From IMG/VR virus record IMGVR_UViG_3300029787_005266, positions 27,043 through 91,042 of that record: DNA of 64,000 nt, one strand, 5' to 3'. Source of the DNA: a virus. The notes under the pieces are model-generated. The model made no database searches, had not been told where the DNA came from, and was given only the letters and a program-made list of their open reading frames with translations. Shown in pieces: positions 1 through 10,245 of this stretch. Position 1 is the stretch's first letter, and the number at the start of each line of letters is the position of its first letter. A program made the position numbers and the translations under genes.

Positions 1-1
1 C

Positions 2-3000
2 AAAGGTTTATTTTTTGCTGAAATAGAAGAAAACATAAGATACAAAACACCTTTTGATCCTGCAAATTATGATTCTTGGAACGATGAACATGTAGGTGAA
101 GTTTGGTTAGATACAAAGCAACTTAAATTTTTATGGTATGAACAAGGAGAGTTAGAACAAAGACTTTTAAACTGGGGGAAAATACATCCTGCAAGTGTTG
201 TATCAGTAAAAGAATGGGTGCGAAGCATTTATACTCCTACAAATTACAACATATTATCAGCAACAGTTGAAGGCCAACAACAAGATATCACAGGCACAGC
301 ACAAACAAATTTTGTTACACAGAATGTTTTTGACGATGTAAAAAATACGTTTGTTGAAAGATATTTTTACTGGGTAGAAAAATCTTCTACAGTACCTGCA
401 GTTGACAATAGATCTATCTCTACGGCACAAATTGCCAGCACAATTGAAGATCCAAAATCATATACTGAAAATTTCAGTGCTGTCGTTGACTCTAATGCAG
501 TTTTATTAAGTATCCAGCCAAGTGTGTTGACAAATAAAAATATTGCTTTTCATATTGAAAGCACTACAGACACTGACCCAATTCAAGCACATGAAGAGTA
601 TGTATTGTTATCAGAAGGTGATCCAAACGTTTCTTTGCCAAAAGATCTTGTACAAAAATATCACGATTCATTAGTTGGTGTAGATGTAAATGGTAGAACA
701 GTGCCTGATTTAGACTTCCCGGAAGACATGCGTTTTGGTACATTGAATAGACCTAGACAATCAATATTCAAAAATAGATTGAATGCACTGGAAACTGTGG
801 TTAAATTTATCAACACAAGATTGATATTACAACCATACGCAACACTGGTTGACTTGAGTTTGATGACTGCATCGGATCCTATTCCTAACATACTATTAGG
901 TGGCTACGATCAAATAGTTGACACTGACATAGACTTAGCCTATATCAATACAGAATCATTTATAGCTGGTCGCAAAGTGTTAGTCACAACAGATTCTTTG
1001 GTACAAGGATGGGCAATTTACAATTATGATGGCGAACAATTTATCAGAGAGCGTAACCAACAGTTTGATACAAATAGATATTGGTCATATGCTGATTATT
1101 ATGCTAATGGCTACTCATCTTTCACAGTGCCAGATATTATTGTAGCAGACGAAAAGGCAAAAAAACAACTGTCATCTGATATAGGACAAATTGTTAAAGT
1201 CAAGTCATCTTACAATGGGGCTTTTAGATTATATGTTACCACAGCAGATGGATATGATATTGTAGGAATTGGCAATGGCACAATTCAATTGGATGCTTCT
1301 TTGTATGATTACGCAAGTACATCTAGAGGATTTGGTGGCGAAGCATATGACTCTTTAACATTCGATGAAGAAGCAGTTCAAGAACTAAGAAATATTCTAC
1401 AGGCAATTAATTCGTTTGAAGAAAGTTCAGACTTTGATGCGTCAGAAGTATTCTTCACTGCGATCAAAGTTGCACTGGCTCAAGATCCTGGAGCAGACTG
1501 GGTTGTTAAATCATCATTTGTCAAAAAAACAAACGAAATAGAATCAATATCTACCCAATCTGAATTCCAATTAGATGTGTCAAACTCAGTTGATGCTTTC
1601 TTTGATGAAGTACTTCCATACAAGACACAAGTGCGTGATGATGTTAGCAAATATGGCATCAAAGAAACAATGGAAGGCGACTTCACTGACTTTGACAATC
1701 CTACGTATTGGGACAGCGACCTAGGAAAATATGTTACTCCGACAGTTGTAGCAGGTGACTCAACTTACTTCGATGTGTATGAAAATAATCCACACAAATT
1801 TTTCTCTGACAATTACAAATACAAAATTGTTGAAATTGCTGTAGACAAAGGCGGAGCAGGATACACAGTTGCTCCTAACATAACAATATCTGGAGGTGGA
1901 GGTTCGGGCACAGTTGCAAAAGCAAATATTCAAAACGGAGCTATTTCTAGTGTAAAAGTTATTACTCAAGGCACAGGTTATTCTACTAATCCAACAATTA
2001 CCTTAACAGGCGGTGGCGGAGGTGTTACAGAAGAAGCAAAAATACGTGCGGTGCTTACAAATAACAAAACAAGAAAACTTAATGAAACAATCAAGTTTGA
2101 CAGAGTAGCAGGCAACCATGCACTTGCTGGTGGCCCAGCAAGTATAAAGACTTGGACAAAAGATACAGTATTTGCTCAAGGTGACAACATCAGATATGAA
2201 AACGAAATATATCGTGCAATATATTCATTCAAATCCGGAGCCAAATTTGATGATGATGTGTTACTAGACGACTCTACAAACAACAATGATTCGTCAACAG
2301 CAAATCGTTATCAAGCTTTAGCATTATGGACAGCGGCTGACAGAATTCATGCTTTCTACGAACCAACAACTAATATGCCTGGTTTGATAGGAGATGGATC
2401 AACCACAATAAATGCATATGCACAACTGATGACTGGATTAGAATATCCAGGAACCAGATTACGTGCGACTACATTCCAAGCTGGTGAAGGATACGATGAA
2501 GCAAACTTTGATGTATTAGCATATGACAAAGCTACTGATGATCCATATGCTGATGCTGATACATTGACTGATTTGGATTTAGTTGTTGATTCAAAAACAT
2601 TCACAACAAATTTAGGAATGCGTCCAGAAGATATCAATGTTGTAGGTGACGCATTTATTTCTGAGTATTCCGCTCACGCACCAGAAGAAGTTTTACCAGG
2701 CGGTGTGTACGATACAATGGATATGAAAGTGTTTACAAGATCAACTGATGGAGCAAGTATTATACAAAAGAGAAATTATTATGGTGATGGATCAACAGTG
2801 TCATTTGCAATTCCAGAACCAAAAGCTCTAGAAGGTATTAGAGTGTTTATAAATGATCATTTCAAAGCACAAACTACTGATTACACTGTGGATTATAAAG
2901 CACAAACAATTACATTTACAACAGCTCCAGAAACAAATTCAATAATAAAAATTGTTGTAATTGGGGTATCAACTGATGACCTATTAGGCAAGTTTCAAGT

Positions 3001-4753
3001 TGAAGCAGATGGATCAACCACAGCATTTGATATCAATGTTGCATTCCATTTAATAAAACAAACTTACGTGTTGGTGAATGGTGTCAAAACATCTCACACA
3101 ATATCACAAACATCAAATGCAAGAACAACAACGGTAACATTTTCTTCTGCTCCTGCCGATGATGCTATTATAGATGTGTACGCATTTGATTTGCCAGCAT
3201 CTACAAAAGCATTTTCTGAAGTTGATCAAACAGAATACTCATTACCAACAGACTCTACAGAAATTAAAATTCAACTAACAACACTTCCGGGAGCGTTTGG
3301 ACCATTCCATCACAAAGTTTTTGTTGAAGGAGTCAGTGGAGACAATAATGGCACTGGTCGATACAAGTTGACACCACCACAGGTCAAATACTACACAGGT
3401 GATGACACAAGTACCGTTTACTTGTTGCCAGACGAACCTATTGGTAGTAATTTGGCAACACCAAGCAACATTGAAGTTTACAAAAATGGAGTCAAATTAT
3501 CTTTGGCCGAATACCAACTGCAATTTAATGCACAAAACAAAGGTGTAATAAACTTTAACACAGCACCAACAACTACTGACAATCTTGCCATAGTGCTTCT
3601 GTTAGGCATGGATTATACAGTTGATCTAGATGGAACACTTACACTACATGGCGATTGGTCAGATGGCAGTACAATGCATAATGAAAAAATCATCGTGACC
3701 ACATTTAACAATCATGATCAAATGACCATGCGTACAGAAGTATTCACAGGAGCAACAGGATCTTTAATTGATGTTGTAGCAGACTTTGGAGGACTTACAG
3801 GAGGAACTACTGCCTCTGATATTGATTATGGTGACCTAGGTGCGACAACCGCTGATTCAGAAGACTTTGGCTCTATTCTATCAAGCACACAAATTATAGA
3901 TATACAAGAAAAAGTTTATGAATTGGCATCAGCACCGTTGAACACAGATTATCTGTTTGTAGGAAAAAACAAAGGGTATTTGACTGCAAACGTGGATTAC
4001 AGATTAGAAGGTAAGAGACTGATACTTCCAAGAAGTGCGTTAGATCTGAGCGACACTATTTCTGTGACATATATCACTGGTCCACAAAGAAAAGAACCTA
4101 TGGGTTACAGGGTGTTCAAAGATATTCTAAACAGAACACATTACAGAAGATTGTCCAAAGCGGCTTCAACAAGACTTGTGCTAGATCTTGGTGTATCAGA
4201 CACAACAATGACCGTGACGGATGGCACTGCTCTACCAGAACCAGACACTGAAAATAATGCTCCTGGTGTGGTGTTTATCGGTACAGAGAGAATCAACTAT
4301 TTTGAGAAAGATGGCAATGTAATTTCAAGACTAGTAAGAGGAACATTAGGTACAGGAGTGAAACATCATGCAGGAGGATCAGTGGTTGTAGATGGATCCA
4401 AACATCAATCTATCGCAGGTTATGAAGACACAACCACATCTGAAGTACACACAAGTGACGGCTCAACAGTATTCTTCGGAACATCATTTACACCAGCAGA
4501 TGCAAATGAATTGGTGGTTCAAGTTGGTGGTACAGCAACTAAAGAATTCACTATAGGTGGAGATTCAACTGCAGGAATAACATTTACCACTGCTCCTGCA
4601 AATGGATTAACAATTAGGATTTCAAGAAAAACGGGATCAGTTTGGTATACATCTGGTGCGTCAACGGCATCGAATGGATTAGGATTACAACAATCAACAA
4701 CATCTCAAGCAACATTCTTACAGGCATCACCTGCTGATTTATCATTGCTATAA
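2..4753 (+). CDS. Very large virion structural protein (baseplate/tail-associated), 5'-truncated by window edge
   Basis: Frame is open from base 2 (KGLFFAEIEENIRYKTPFDPANY...WGKIHPASVVSVKEWV) into the listed 218 ORF. GGAGYT..P.ITISGGGG and GDGST..F beta-repeat motifs are typical of large myovirus baseplate proteins. Confidence 0.75.
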   Translation, partial: KGLFFAEIEENIRYKTPFDPANYDSWNDEHVGEVWLDTKQLKFLWYEQGELEQRLLNWGKIHPASVVSVKEWVRSIYTPTNYNILSATVEGQQQDITGTAQTNFVTQNVFDDVKNTFVERYFYWVEKSSTVPAVDNRSISTAQIASTIEDPKSYTENFSAVVDSNAVLLSIQPSVLTNKNIAFHIESTTDTDPIQAHEEYVLLSEGDPNVSLPKDLVQKYHDSLVGVDVNGRTVPDLDFPEDMRFGTLNRPRQSIFKNRLNALETVVKFINTRLILQPYATLVDLSLMTASDPIPNILLGGYDQIVDTDIDLAYINTESFIAGRKVLVTTDSLVQGWAIYNYDGEQFIRERNQQFDTNRYWSYADYYANGYSSFTVPDIIVADEKAKKQLSSDIGQIVKVKSSYNGAFRLYVTTADGYDIVGIGNGTIQLDASLYDYASTSRGFGGEAYDSLTFDEEAVQELRNILQAINSFEESSDFDASEVFFTAIKVALAQDPGADWVVKSSFVKKTNEIESISTQSEFQLDVSNSVDAFFDEVLPYKTQVRDDVSKYGIKETMEGDFTDFDNPTYWDSDLGKYVTPTVVAGDSTYFDVYENNPHKFFSDNYKYKIVEIAVDKGGAGYTVAPNITISGGGGSGTVAKANIQNGAISSVKVITQGTGYSTNPTITLTGGGGGVTEEAKIRAVLTNNKTRKLNETIKFDRVAGNHALAGGPASIKTWTKDTVFAQGDNIRYENEIYRAIYSFKSGAKFDDDVLLDDSTNNNDSSTANRYQALALWTAADRIHAFYEPTTNMPGLIGDGSTTINAYAQLMTGLEYPGTRLRATTFQAGEGYDEANFDVLAYDKATDDPYADADTLTDLDLVVDSKTFTTNLGMRPEDINVVGDAFISEYSAHAPEEVLPGGVYDTMDMKVFTRSTDGASIIQKRNYYGDGSTVSFAIPEPKALEGIRVFINDHFKAQTTDYTVDYKAQTITFTTAPETNSIIKIVVIGVSTDDLLGKFQVEADGSTTAFDINVAFHLIKQTYVLVNGVKTSHTISQTSNARTTTVTFSSAPADDAIIDVYAFDLPASTKAFSEVDQTEYSLPTDSTEIKIQLTTLPGAFGPFHHKVFVEGVSGDNNGTGRYKLTPPQVKYYTGDDTSTVYLLPDEPIGSNLATPSNIEVYKNGVKLSLAEYQLQFNAQNKGVINFNTAPTTTDNLAIVLLLGMDYTVDLDGTLTLHGDWSDGSTMHNEKIIVTTFNNHDQMTMRTEVFTGATGSLIDVVADFGGLTGGTTASDIDYGDLGATTADSEDFGSILSSTQIIDIQEKVYELASAPLNTDYLFVGKNKGYLTANVDYRLEGKRLILPRSALDLSDTISVTYITGPQRKEPMGYRVFKDILNRTHYRRLSKAASTRLVLDLGVSDTTMTVTDGTALPEPDTENNAPGVVFIGTERINYFEKDGNVISRLVRGTLGTGVKHHAGGSVVVDGSKHQSIAGYEDTTTSEVHTSDGSTVFFGTSFTPADANELVVQVGGTATKEFTIGGDSTAGITFTTAPANGLTIRISRKTGSVWYTSGASTASNGLGLQQSTTSQATFLQASPADLSLL

Positions 4754-4771
4754 AAAAATTAAAGAAAAAAA

Positions 4772-7006
4772 TTAAAGTCTGCCAACTACAACTTCAATAA
4801 CACCTACATCAGCAGTGTCTTTTGATTCAAGTGCTTTACCGATTATACAGCCAACTTGATATGATGCAGAATTAAGTTTTGTGCCTACACCTGCAATATT
4901 AGATGACACAATTAAATCTCCTTTTGCAACTACGCCCTTGACTTTGCAAGGCACACGCCCAGTAAGTGCCAAATCAACAACATGAGCACCTTCACATGCT
5001 TCATTCATGATAAAGCCTGGTGCTGTGGATACCACACCCGCCACTCTAGGATCATGTGATACTTCAGTTGTTGTGACTTCGTTTTCGCCACCAAATATAA
5101 TCACTGTGCCTGGCTCATACGGATTGTCAGCAACATATTTCTCAGCCAAGTCAGAATATTGTGCGGCAGTTGCCGTTGTAGTCAATATGTTTGTAGCAGG
5201 ATTGTATGATATTCCATTATCTGTAAACAGTGTATTGCCTGTGGCAGCTGAATCATCTGAATCAACAAATGTAATAAAGTGTGCCGCGTCTGTGCCGTCA
5301 CCTGATCGTGTTTTTACTGTGGTTGCGGCTACTGCCGAGGCAGTTATTGCAACGTTTCCAGCACCAGTAAATCCAACAGCTCCTCCTGTGACATCACCTG
5401 TAATTGAAAAGTTTCTTGATGTTGCTAGTACTGTGGCTGTGTCTGCGTTTCCTGTAAGTGCACCTATAAATGTTGTCGCTGTACAGTTTCTAAATGATGA
5501 AGCGTCTTTGTTGCCATCAACAACAACTGCTTTGTTGGCAGCTACTGTACCGTTTGTGATTCCGTCTAATTTTTCTAGATCAGTTTCATTCATTGAGGCT
5601 GTACCAATTACTAATGAACCTGATGTTGTTTGAATGTCTCCGTCAACATTCAATCCATCATTGATGTTTACAAAAGTTGAATCGGATGAAAGTATTTCAT
5701 TAACTGTTACAGTAGTGGCTGTCAAGTCTCCTTCGAAAGCTGCCACTATGGTTGCAGTTGATGAGTCTGTTACTGCTGTCGCTGTGCCTGCCGAGTTGGA
5801 AAGCACCGCTTTAAATTTATCATCGCCTTCGTTCCAATAAAATACCGCATTGTTGCCTGCTGATCCACGTTGTATTAATATTCCGCCGTCAATATCAGCA
5901 CCACCTGAATTGTTTTTGTTTAATTCTAATAATGCATCTGCAACTTCTAGTGTGGTTGTGTTTACAGAATTTGTTGTACCTGATACAGTTAAGTTTCCGT
6001 CAAGTTGTAAATCTCCACCAACATCCATGTTGCCAGTCATACTTAAATTTCTTATAGTGCCGATGTCAATGTTAGCATCAGCAACCAGTGCCTTGTTGGC
6101 AGCCGCTGTTCCATTTGTGATACCATCTAGTTTTTCTAGATCAGTTTCATTCATGTCAGCTGAGCCAATTATGAATGATCCTGTAGCAGTAACATTCCTA
6201 AATCCTGATGCATCACTATTGGCATCAACTACCACTGCTTTACTTGCCGCCACGGTGCCATTAGTGATACCATCCAGTTTTTCTAGATCAGTTTCATTCA
6301 TGTCTGCAGAGCCAATTATAAATGAACCAGTAGCTGTTACGTTTCTAAAGCCACTTGCGTCTTTGTCTGAATCAACTACCACTGCTTTGGATGCCGCCAC
6401 TGTGCCTGCTGTGACACCATCGATGGTTTCCAGTTCTGCTTCATTTATAGCCGCTGACCCAATAGTAAATCCTGCCGCAGTAACAGTGCCTGATGTGGTT
6501 TGAATATTTCCGTTGACATTAAGTCCATCATTTATGTTTACGAAAGCAGAATCAGTTGAAGATATTTCATTTACATTAAGAGTATCATTTATCTGTACAC
6601 CTGTTGAATCTGTTGATTGTATTTGGTTTACATTTAGTGGATTATTAATTGTGACAACACTCGAATCTTGAGCAGAAATTTCGTCTACACTAATACTTCT
6701 GTTCAAAGTAAATGTCATGGTGTTTCCAGCCGCTGATGTAGTAATATCATTACCTATAAAAGTGATATCACTCGCACCAGGAACCAAACTTACTGTGTTG
6801 GAACTTGAATCTGAAATATCTATTGTTGCCGCTGTGATGGACGACGCAATATCTGTAAATTTTGCAATTCTAACGCCACCTGCCGCAGAACCATCATGTA
6901 CTTTTAATGTGTTTAAATCCGTGTCTACAGTGACTTCACCCACAGCACCTGTGAAAGAACTGTGTTGAGATGTTGTGCCTCGTCTAAACTGTACCTGAGT
7001 TGTCAT
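4772..7006 (-). CDS. Tail fibre/spike: Mtd-N-like N-terminus, internal repeats, C-terminal Peptidase_G2-like intramolecular chaperone domain
   Basis: N-terminus QVQFRRGT...GEVTVDTD...VHDG; C-terminus YSDLAEKY...GVVST.P...LTGRVPCKV...IGKALE. Start set at ATG 7006, 7 nt downstream of a TAAATA box. Confidence 0.75.
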   Translation of the reverse strand: MTTQVQFRRGTTSQHSSFTGAVGEVTVDTDLNTLKVHDGSAAGGVRIAKFTDIASSITAATIDISDSSSNTVSLVPGASDITFIGNDITTSAAGNTMTFTLNRSISVDEISAQDSSVVTINNPLNVNQIQSTDSTGVQINDTLNVNEISSTDSAFVNINDGLNVNGNIQTTSGTVTAAGFTIGSAAINEAELETIDGVTAGTVAASKAVVVDSDKDASGFRNVTATGSFIIGSADMNETDLEKLDGITNGTVAASKAVVVDANSDASGFRNVTATGSFIIGSADMNETDLEKLDGITNGTAAANKALVADANIDIGTIRNLSMTGNMDVGGDLQLDGNLTVSGTTNSVNTTTLEVADALLELNKNNSGGADIDGGILIQRGSAGNNAVFYWNEGDDKFKAVLSNSAGTATAVTDSSTATIVAAFEGDLTATTVTVNEILSSDSTFVNINDGLNVDGDIQTTSGSLVIGTASMNETDLEKLDGITNGTVAANKAVVVDGNKDASSFRNCTATTFIGALTGNADTATVLATSRNFSITGDVTGGAVGFTGAGNVAITASAVAATTVKTRSGDGTDAAHFITFVDSDDSAATGNTLFTDNGISYNPATNILTTTATAAQYSDLAEKYVADNPYEPGTVIIFGGENEVTTTEVSHDPRVAGVVSTAPGFIMNEACEGAHVVDLALTGRVPCKVKGVVAKGDLIVSSNIAGVGTKLNSASYQVGCIIGKALESKDTADVGVIEVVVGRL
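6030..6470 (-). repeat. Three tandem 49-aa (147 bp) intragenic repeats, with a fourth copy near 5470-5615
   Basis: IGSA.MNETDLEKLDGITNGT.AA.KA.V.D...DAS.FRN; near-identical DNA at ~6117-6160 and ~6264-6307. Confidence 0.85.
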
Positions 7007-7013
7007 ATACATT

Positions 7014-7064
7014 TATTTACCAATATCGCAAACCTTGGTTTGCTGGATATCGTCGCCATAAATA
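7014..7064. promoter_or_regulatory. Divergent late-type promoters (TAAATA on - at 7014-7019, on + at 7059-7064) flanking a palindrome
   Basis: GCAAACC-TT-GGTTTGC at 7028-7043 with outer ATATC/GATAT arms; TAAATA resembles the T4 late box TATAAATA. Confidence 0.6.
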
Positions 7065-7073
7065 ATAAAATAC

Positions 7074-7733
7074 ATGACAGAGAAATTACAAACAGAATCA
7101 CAAACACAGGAAGAATCAGTGAAATCAACCGACGAAACACAAGGTGTAAACATAGAAGGTCATATCAAAATTTTTGACCCAGATTCAGGTGATGTGTATG
7201 TAGACAAAAAGAATGCAATCCACTATGAAAACTTCTCTGTTGCCCTAGCAAAAAGCATAGCAAATAGAACCACAGGATTTATAGAAGAAATGCATTTTGG
7301 TAATGGTGGTACAACTGTAGATTCTACCGGTGTAATTACATATTTGACGCCAAACTCTTCAGGAGACAATGCCAATTTATACAACAAAACATATTACAAA
7401 AGTGTTAACGATACTTCATCATTAAACACAGACACAGCAAGAAATAAAATCACCACAGCACATGTGAACGGCACAACTTACACAGACGTTATTGTGACAG
7501 CACTTTTAGATTTTGGTGAGCCTGCAGGGCAGAGTGCATTTGACAACACAACCAACGTGAATGATACCTATGTGTTCGACGAAATAGGATTATTTTCATG
7601 GGAAGGAACAGCAGGCACGGGAAATTTGTTGACTCATGTTATATTCCACCCTGTACAAAAATCTTTAAACAGATTGATACAGATAGATTATACAATCAGA
7701 ATACAGAGTTTGACTAATTTCGTAGACGTGTAA
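7074..7733 (+). CDS. Conserved virion structural protein (baseplate/fibre attachment region)
   Basis: GHIKIFD..., FDEIGL...LLTHVIFHPVQKSLNRLIQIDYTIRI; lies among fibre genes. Confidence 0.6.
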   Translation: MTEKLQTESQTQEESVKSTDETQGVNIEGHIKIFDPDSGDVYVDKKNAIHYENFSVALAKSIANRTTGFIEEMHFGNGGTTVDSTGVITYLTPNSSGDNANLYNKTYYKSVNDTSSLNTDTARNKITTAHVNGTTYTDVIVTALLDFGEPAGQSAFDNTTNVNDTYVFDEIGLFSWEGTAGTGNLLTHVIFHPVQKSLNRLIQIDYTIRIQSLTNFVDV

Positions 7734-7740
7734 TTTTAAT

Positions 7741-7746
7741 TAAATA
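7741..7746 (+). promoter_or_regulatory. Late promoter box TAAATA
   Basis: 6 nt upstream of ATG 7753; the same motif precedes other structural genes. Confidence 0.6.
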
Positions 7747-7752
7747 CACACG

Positions 7753-9351
7753 ATGGCATACACAATCAACAAAACAGATGGAACAATACTCGCAGTAATA
7801 CAGGACGGCCAATTAGACACAACCAGTTCTGTATCACTTCCTGGAAAATTATTTCAAAATTATGGTGAAATAATAAACGAAAATTTAGTAAAACTTCTGG
7901 AAAATTCTGCATCTGGCACGGCACCTACAGCTCCATTGACAGGTGAATTATGGTATGACAAGACTAATGCAAAATTAAAATTATATTCTGGCACAGAATT
8001 TATTAATATTGCCACAGCAGGAGGTGATGCTTTTACCATAGTTGGTGATGATTCAACAGGCACAGGTGTAAACATTGGTGAAACATTTCAATTTGCTGGA
8101 GGTAGTAATATAACAACTAGTGTGAGTGGAGACACTTTATCAATAGCCACAAGAGATCATATTATAGTAAGTGAAATTTCAGCAACAGATTCAGCATCAA
8201 TAAAAATTAATGATGTGTTGCAAGTGAATCAAATTGAATCTTCTGATTCAACTGGATTACAAATCAATGACACATTGAATGTGAACACTATTGCATCAAC
8301 AGACTCCACAGCAATTCAGATCAATGACACTTTAAATGTGTCTGGCACTGTGTCTGCGTCAACAATTCAAACAACAAATATTACACCTTCATTACTGAGT
8401 GAAGCAGTACAAATTAATTACATAGACACTGAAAAAATTTCCAGTTCATCATCTTCAGCAATTCAAGTGCAAGATGCTGTGAATATCAGTGGAGCATTGA
8501 CTGTAAATGGGTCACTGGTCACAGATGAAGATTTTACTATTGCAGGAGACGGAGCCACAGTGACAGGAATTAAAGACGAAGATGATATGTCTTCAAACAG
8601 TGCAACAAAACTGGCTACACAACAATCAATCAAAGCATATGTAGATAATGAAATAGGTGGCGGCACACTGGAGTTTAGTGATCTGTCTTCCAACACAGGA
8701 TCTATTGTGACAAAAGATGAAGAGTTGGTATTTGCTGGAGGAAACAGCATAACCACATCGGTAACGGCAGGATCTAACACAGTCAATATTGCATTAGATG
8801 ATAATATTGTTGTAAATGAAATTTCATCGTCAGACTCAACTGCGGTACAGATAAATGATACACTGAATGTAAACACAATATCATCATCTGACTCAACTGA
8901 AGTTACTGTTGAAGATGGATTGAATGTAAAAGGCACAGTTACAGCCACAGCTTTTAAAGGAGACGGATCAAATCTTACAGGAACTATATCTGTAACAAAC
9001 GGTGCTAACAACAGAGTTGTTACTGCCGCAAGTACTTCGGCTTTGAATGCAGAATCAAATTTTACATTTGACGGATCAACACTTGCTGTCACTGGAGCAA
9101 TAACTGGCTCCACAACAATTACGGTACCAACGTTGGATGTAAATGTAATACAATCTACAGATTCAACTGCTGTTCAAATAAACGAAGGCATAAATGTAAG
9201 TGGGGCCATTACAACATCAACAGGATTTACAGGAAATTTAACAGGTCAAGTAAATTCTATCACAGTTGGATCAAATGCTACTGGCACAAGAACAGTTTCA
9301 AGCAGTACGCCATCAGGTGGATCTGACGGAGACATTTGGTATAGGGTGTAA
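7753..9351 (+). CDS. Tail fibre protein (MAYTINKTDG family, SSDST repeats)
   Basis: N-terminal domain shared with 10246 and 13387; ~7 copies of a 19-aa repeat; ends GDIWY. Confidence 0.7.
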   Translation: MAYTINKTDGTILAVIQDGQLDTTSSVSLPGKLFQNYGEIINENLVKLLENSASGTAPTAPLTGELWYDKTNAKLKLYSGTEFINIATAGGDAFTIVGDDSTGTGVNIGETFQFAGGSNITTSVSGDTLSIATRDHIIVSEISATDSASIKINDVLQVNQIESSDSTGLQINDTLNVNTIASTDSTAIQINDTLNVSGTVSASTIQTTNITPSLLSEAVQINYIDTEKISSSSSSAIQVQDAVNISGALTVNGSLVTDEDFTIAGDGATVTGIKDEDDMSSNSATKLATQQSIKAYVDNEIGGGTLEFSDLSSNTGSIVTKDEELVFAGGNSITTSVTAGSNTVNIALDDNIVVNEISSSDSTAVQINDTLNVNTISSSDSTEVTVEDGLNVKGTVTATAFKGDGSNLTGTISVTNGANNRVVTAASTSALNAESNFTFDGSTLAVTGAITGSTTITVPTLDVNVIQSTDSTAVQINEGINVSGAITTSTGFTGNLTGQVNSITVGSNATGTRTVSSSTPSGGSDGDIWYRV

Positions 9352-9354
9352 CAT

Positions 9355-10212
9355 ATGACATCAAAGTTATATGTTAAGAATGACGGAACAATCCACAACA
9401 CAGAAGAAGTTTATGTAAAAAAGAACGGCAACTGGAAACGTGCTGGTCAAATTTTTGTTAAAGAAAGTGGAACTTGGGAACCACTATTTTCAAACTCAGG
9501 CAATGAAACATTCACCTCGGTTGGACAGCACACATTTCAAGTACCAGCTGGCATATACTCACTCTCAGTAGTCATCCAAGGAGGTGGCGGCGGAGGTGGT
9601 GGTGGTAATGAAGGCGGTTCTGGTGGCGGTGGCGGTGGTGGTGGCGCCGGTGGAAACATCACAGGAAGTATTTCTGTAAGACCATTTCAAGATTTGACAA
9701 TTACAGTAGGAGGTGCAGGAGCAGGTGCTCCTACAGCTCGGAGAGGCGTACTTCCAGTACCTCAAGGATCGGGAGGTGGTAATTCAAGGATTGTTACTCC
9801 ACAAGGAACATATGTGGCAAGCGGAGGCGCTCGAGGAGCATCAGCTCTTACAGGATTTGCTCCTGGCATGTTTGGTGCCGGAGGTGCAGGAGGTACTACA
9901 TCAGGTCCAACTGGACCAACATATACTACAGGAAATTCTGGCTCAAATGGTAGTGATAATGGTGGTGACGGTGCAAGTCAAACAGGTGGTACAGGAGGAA
10001 GTTCTCCCAATTCATTAGGAGCAGGTGGAACTGCAGGTGGATCTGGAGGAGGTGATGTAAACACTGGAGATTCGTCGGGTAAAGATGCATCAGGAAATGG
10101 TGCAGGAGGCGGTGGAGCCGGTGCACGTGACCGAGATCCTATTGTTTACTCGTTTCAATTTTGGTCAGGTGGCAATGGCACTGCTGGAAAAGTTACATTG
10201 TCCTGGAGTTAA
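9355..10212 (+). CDS. Glycine-rich tail/receptor-binding accessory protein
   Basis: YVK..G.W N-terminal repeats, F.VPAG...GGGGGG glycine-rich domain, G..G.V C-terminus. Confidence 0.65.
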   Translation: MTSKLYVKNDGTIHNTEEVYVKKNGNWKRAGQIFVKESGTWEPLFSNSGNETFTSVGQHTFQVPAGIYSLSVVIQGGGGGGGGGNEGGSGGGGGGGGAGGNITGSISVRPFQDLTITVGGAGAGAPTARRGVLPVPQGSGGGNSRIVTPQGTYVASGGARGASALTGFAPGMFGAGGAGGTTSGPTGPTYTTGNSGSNGSDNGGDGASQTGGTGGSSPNSLGAGGTAGGSGGGDVNTGDSSGKDASGNGAGGGGAGARDRDPIVYSFQFWSGGNGTAGKVTLSWS

Positions 10213-10233
10213 TCACCGATGAAACAAAACAGT

Positions 10234-10239
10234 TAAATA
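10234..10239 (+). promoter_or_regulatory. Late promoter box TAAATA
   Basis: 6 nt upstream of ATG 10246. Confidence 0.6.
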
Positions 10240-10245
10240 CATTAT

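Noticed and set aside
4751-4777. Rho-independent terminator between convergent genes
   Set aside because: Only A-tracts are present, with no GC-rich stem.
4772-7006. Diversity-generating retroelement suggested by the Mtd-like N-terminus
   Set aside because: No reverse transcriptase and no TR/VR pair with adenine-specific mismatches were seen; the C-terminus is a chaperone-type domain, not a C-lectin fold.
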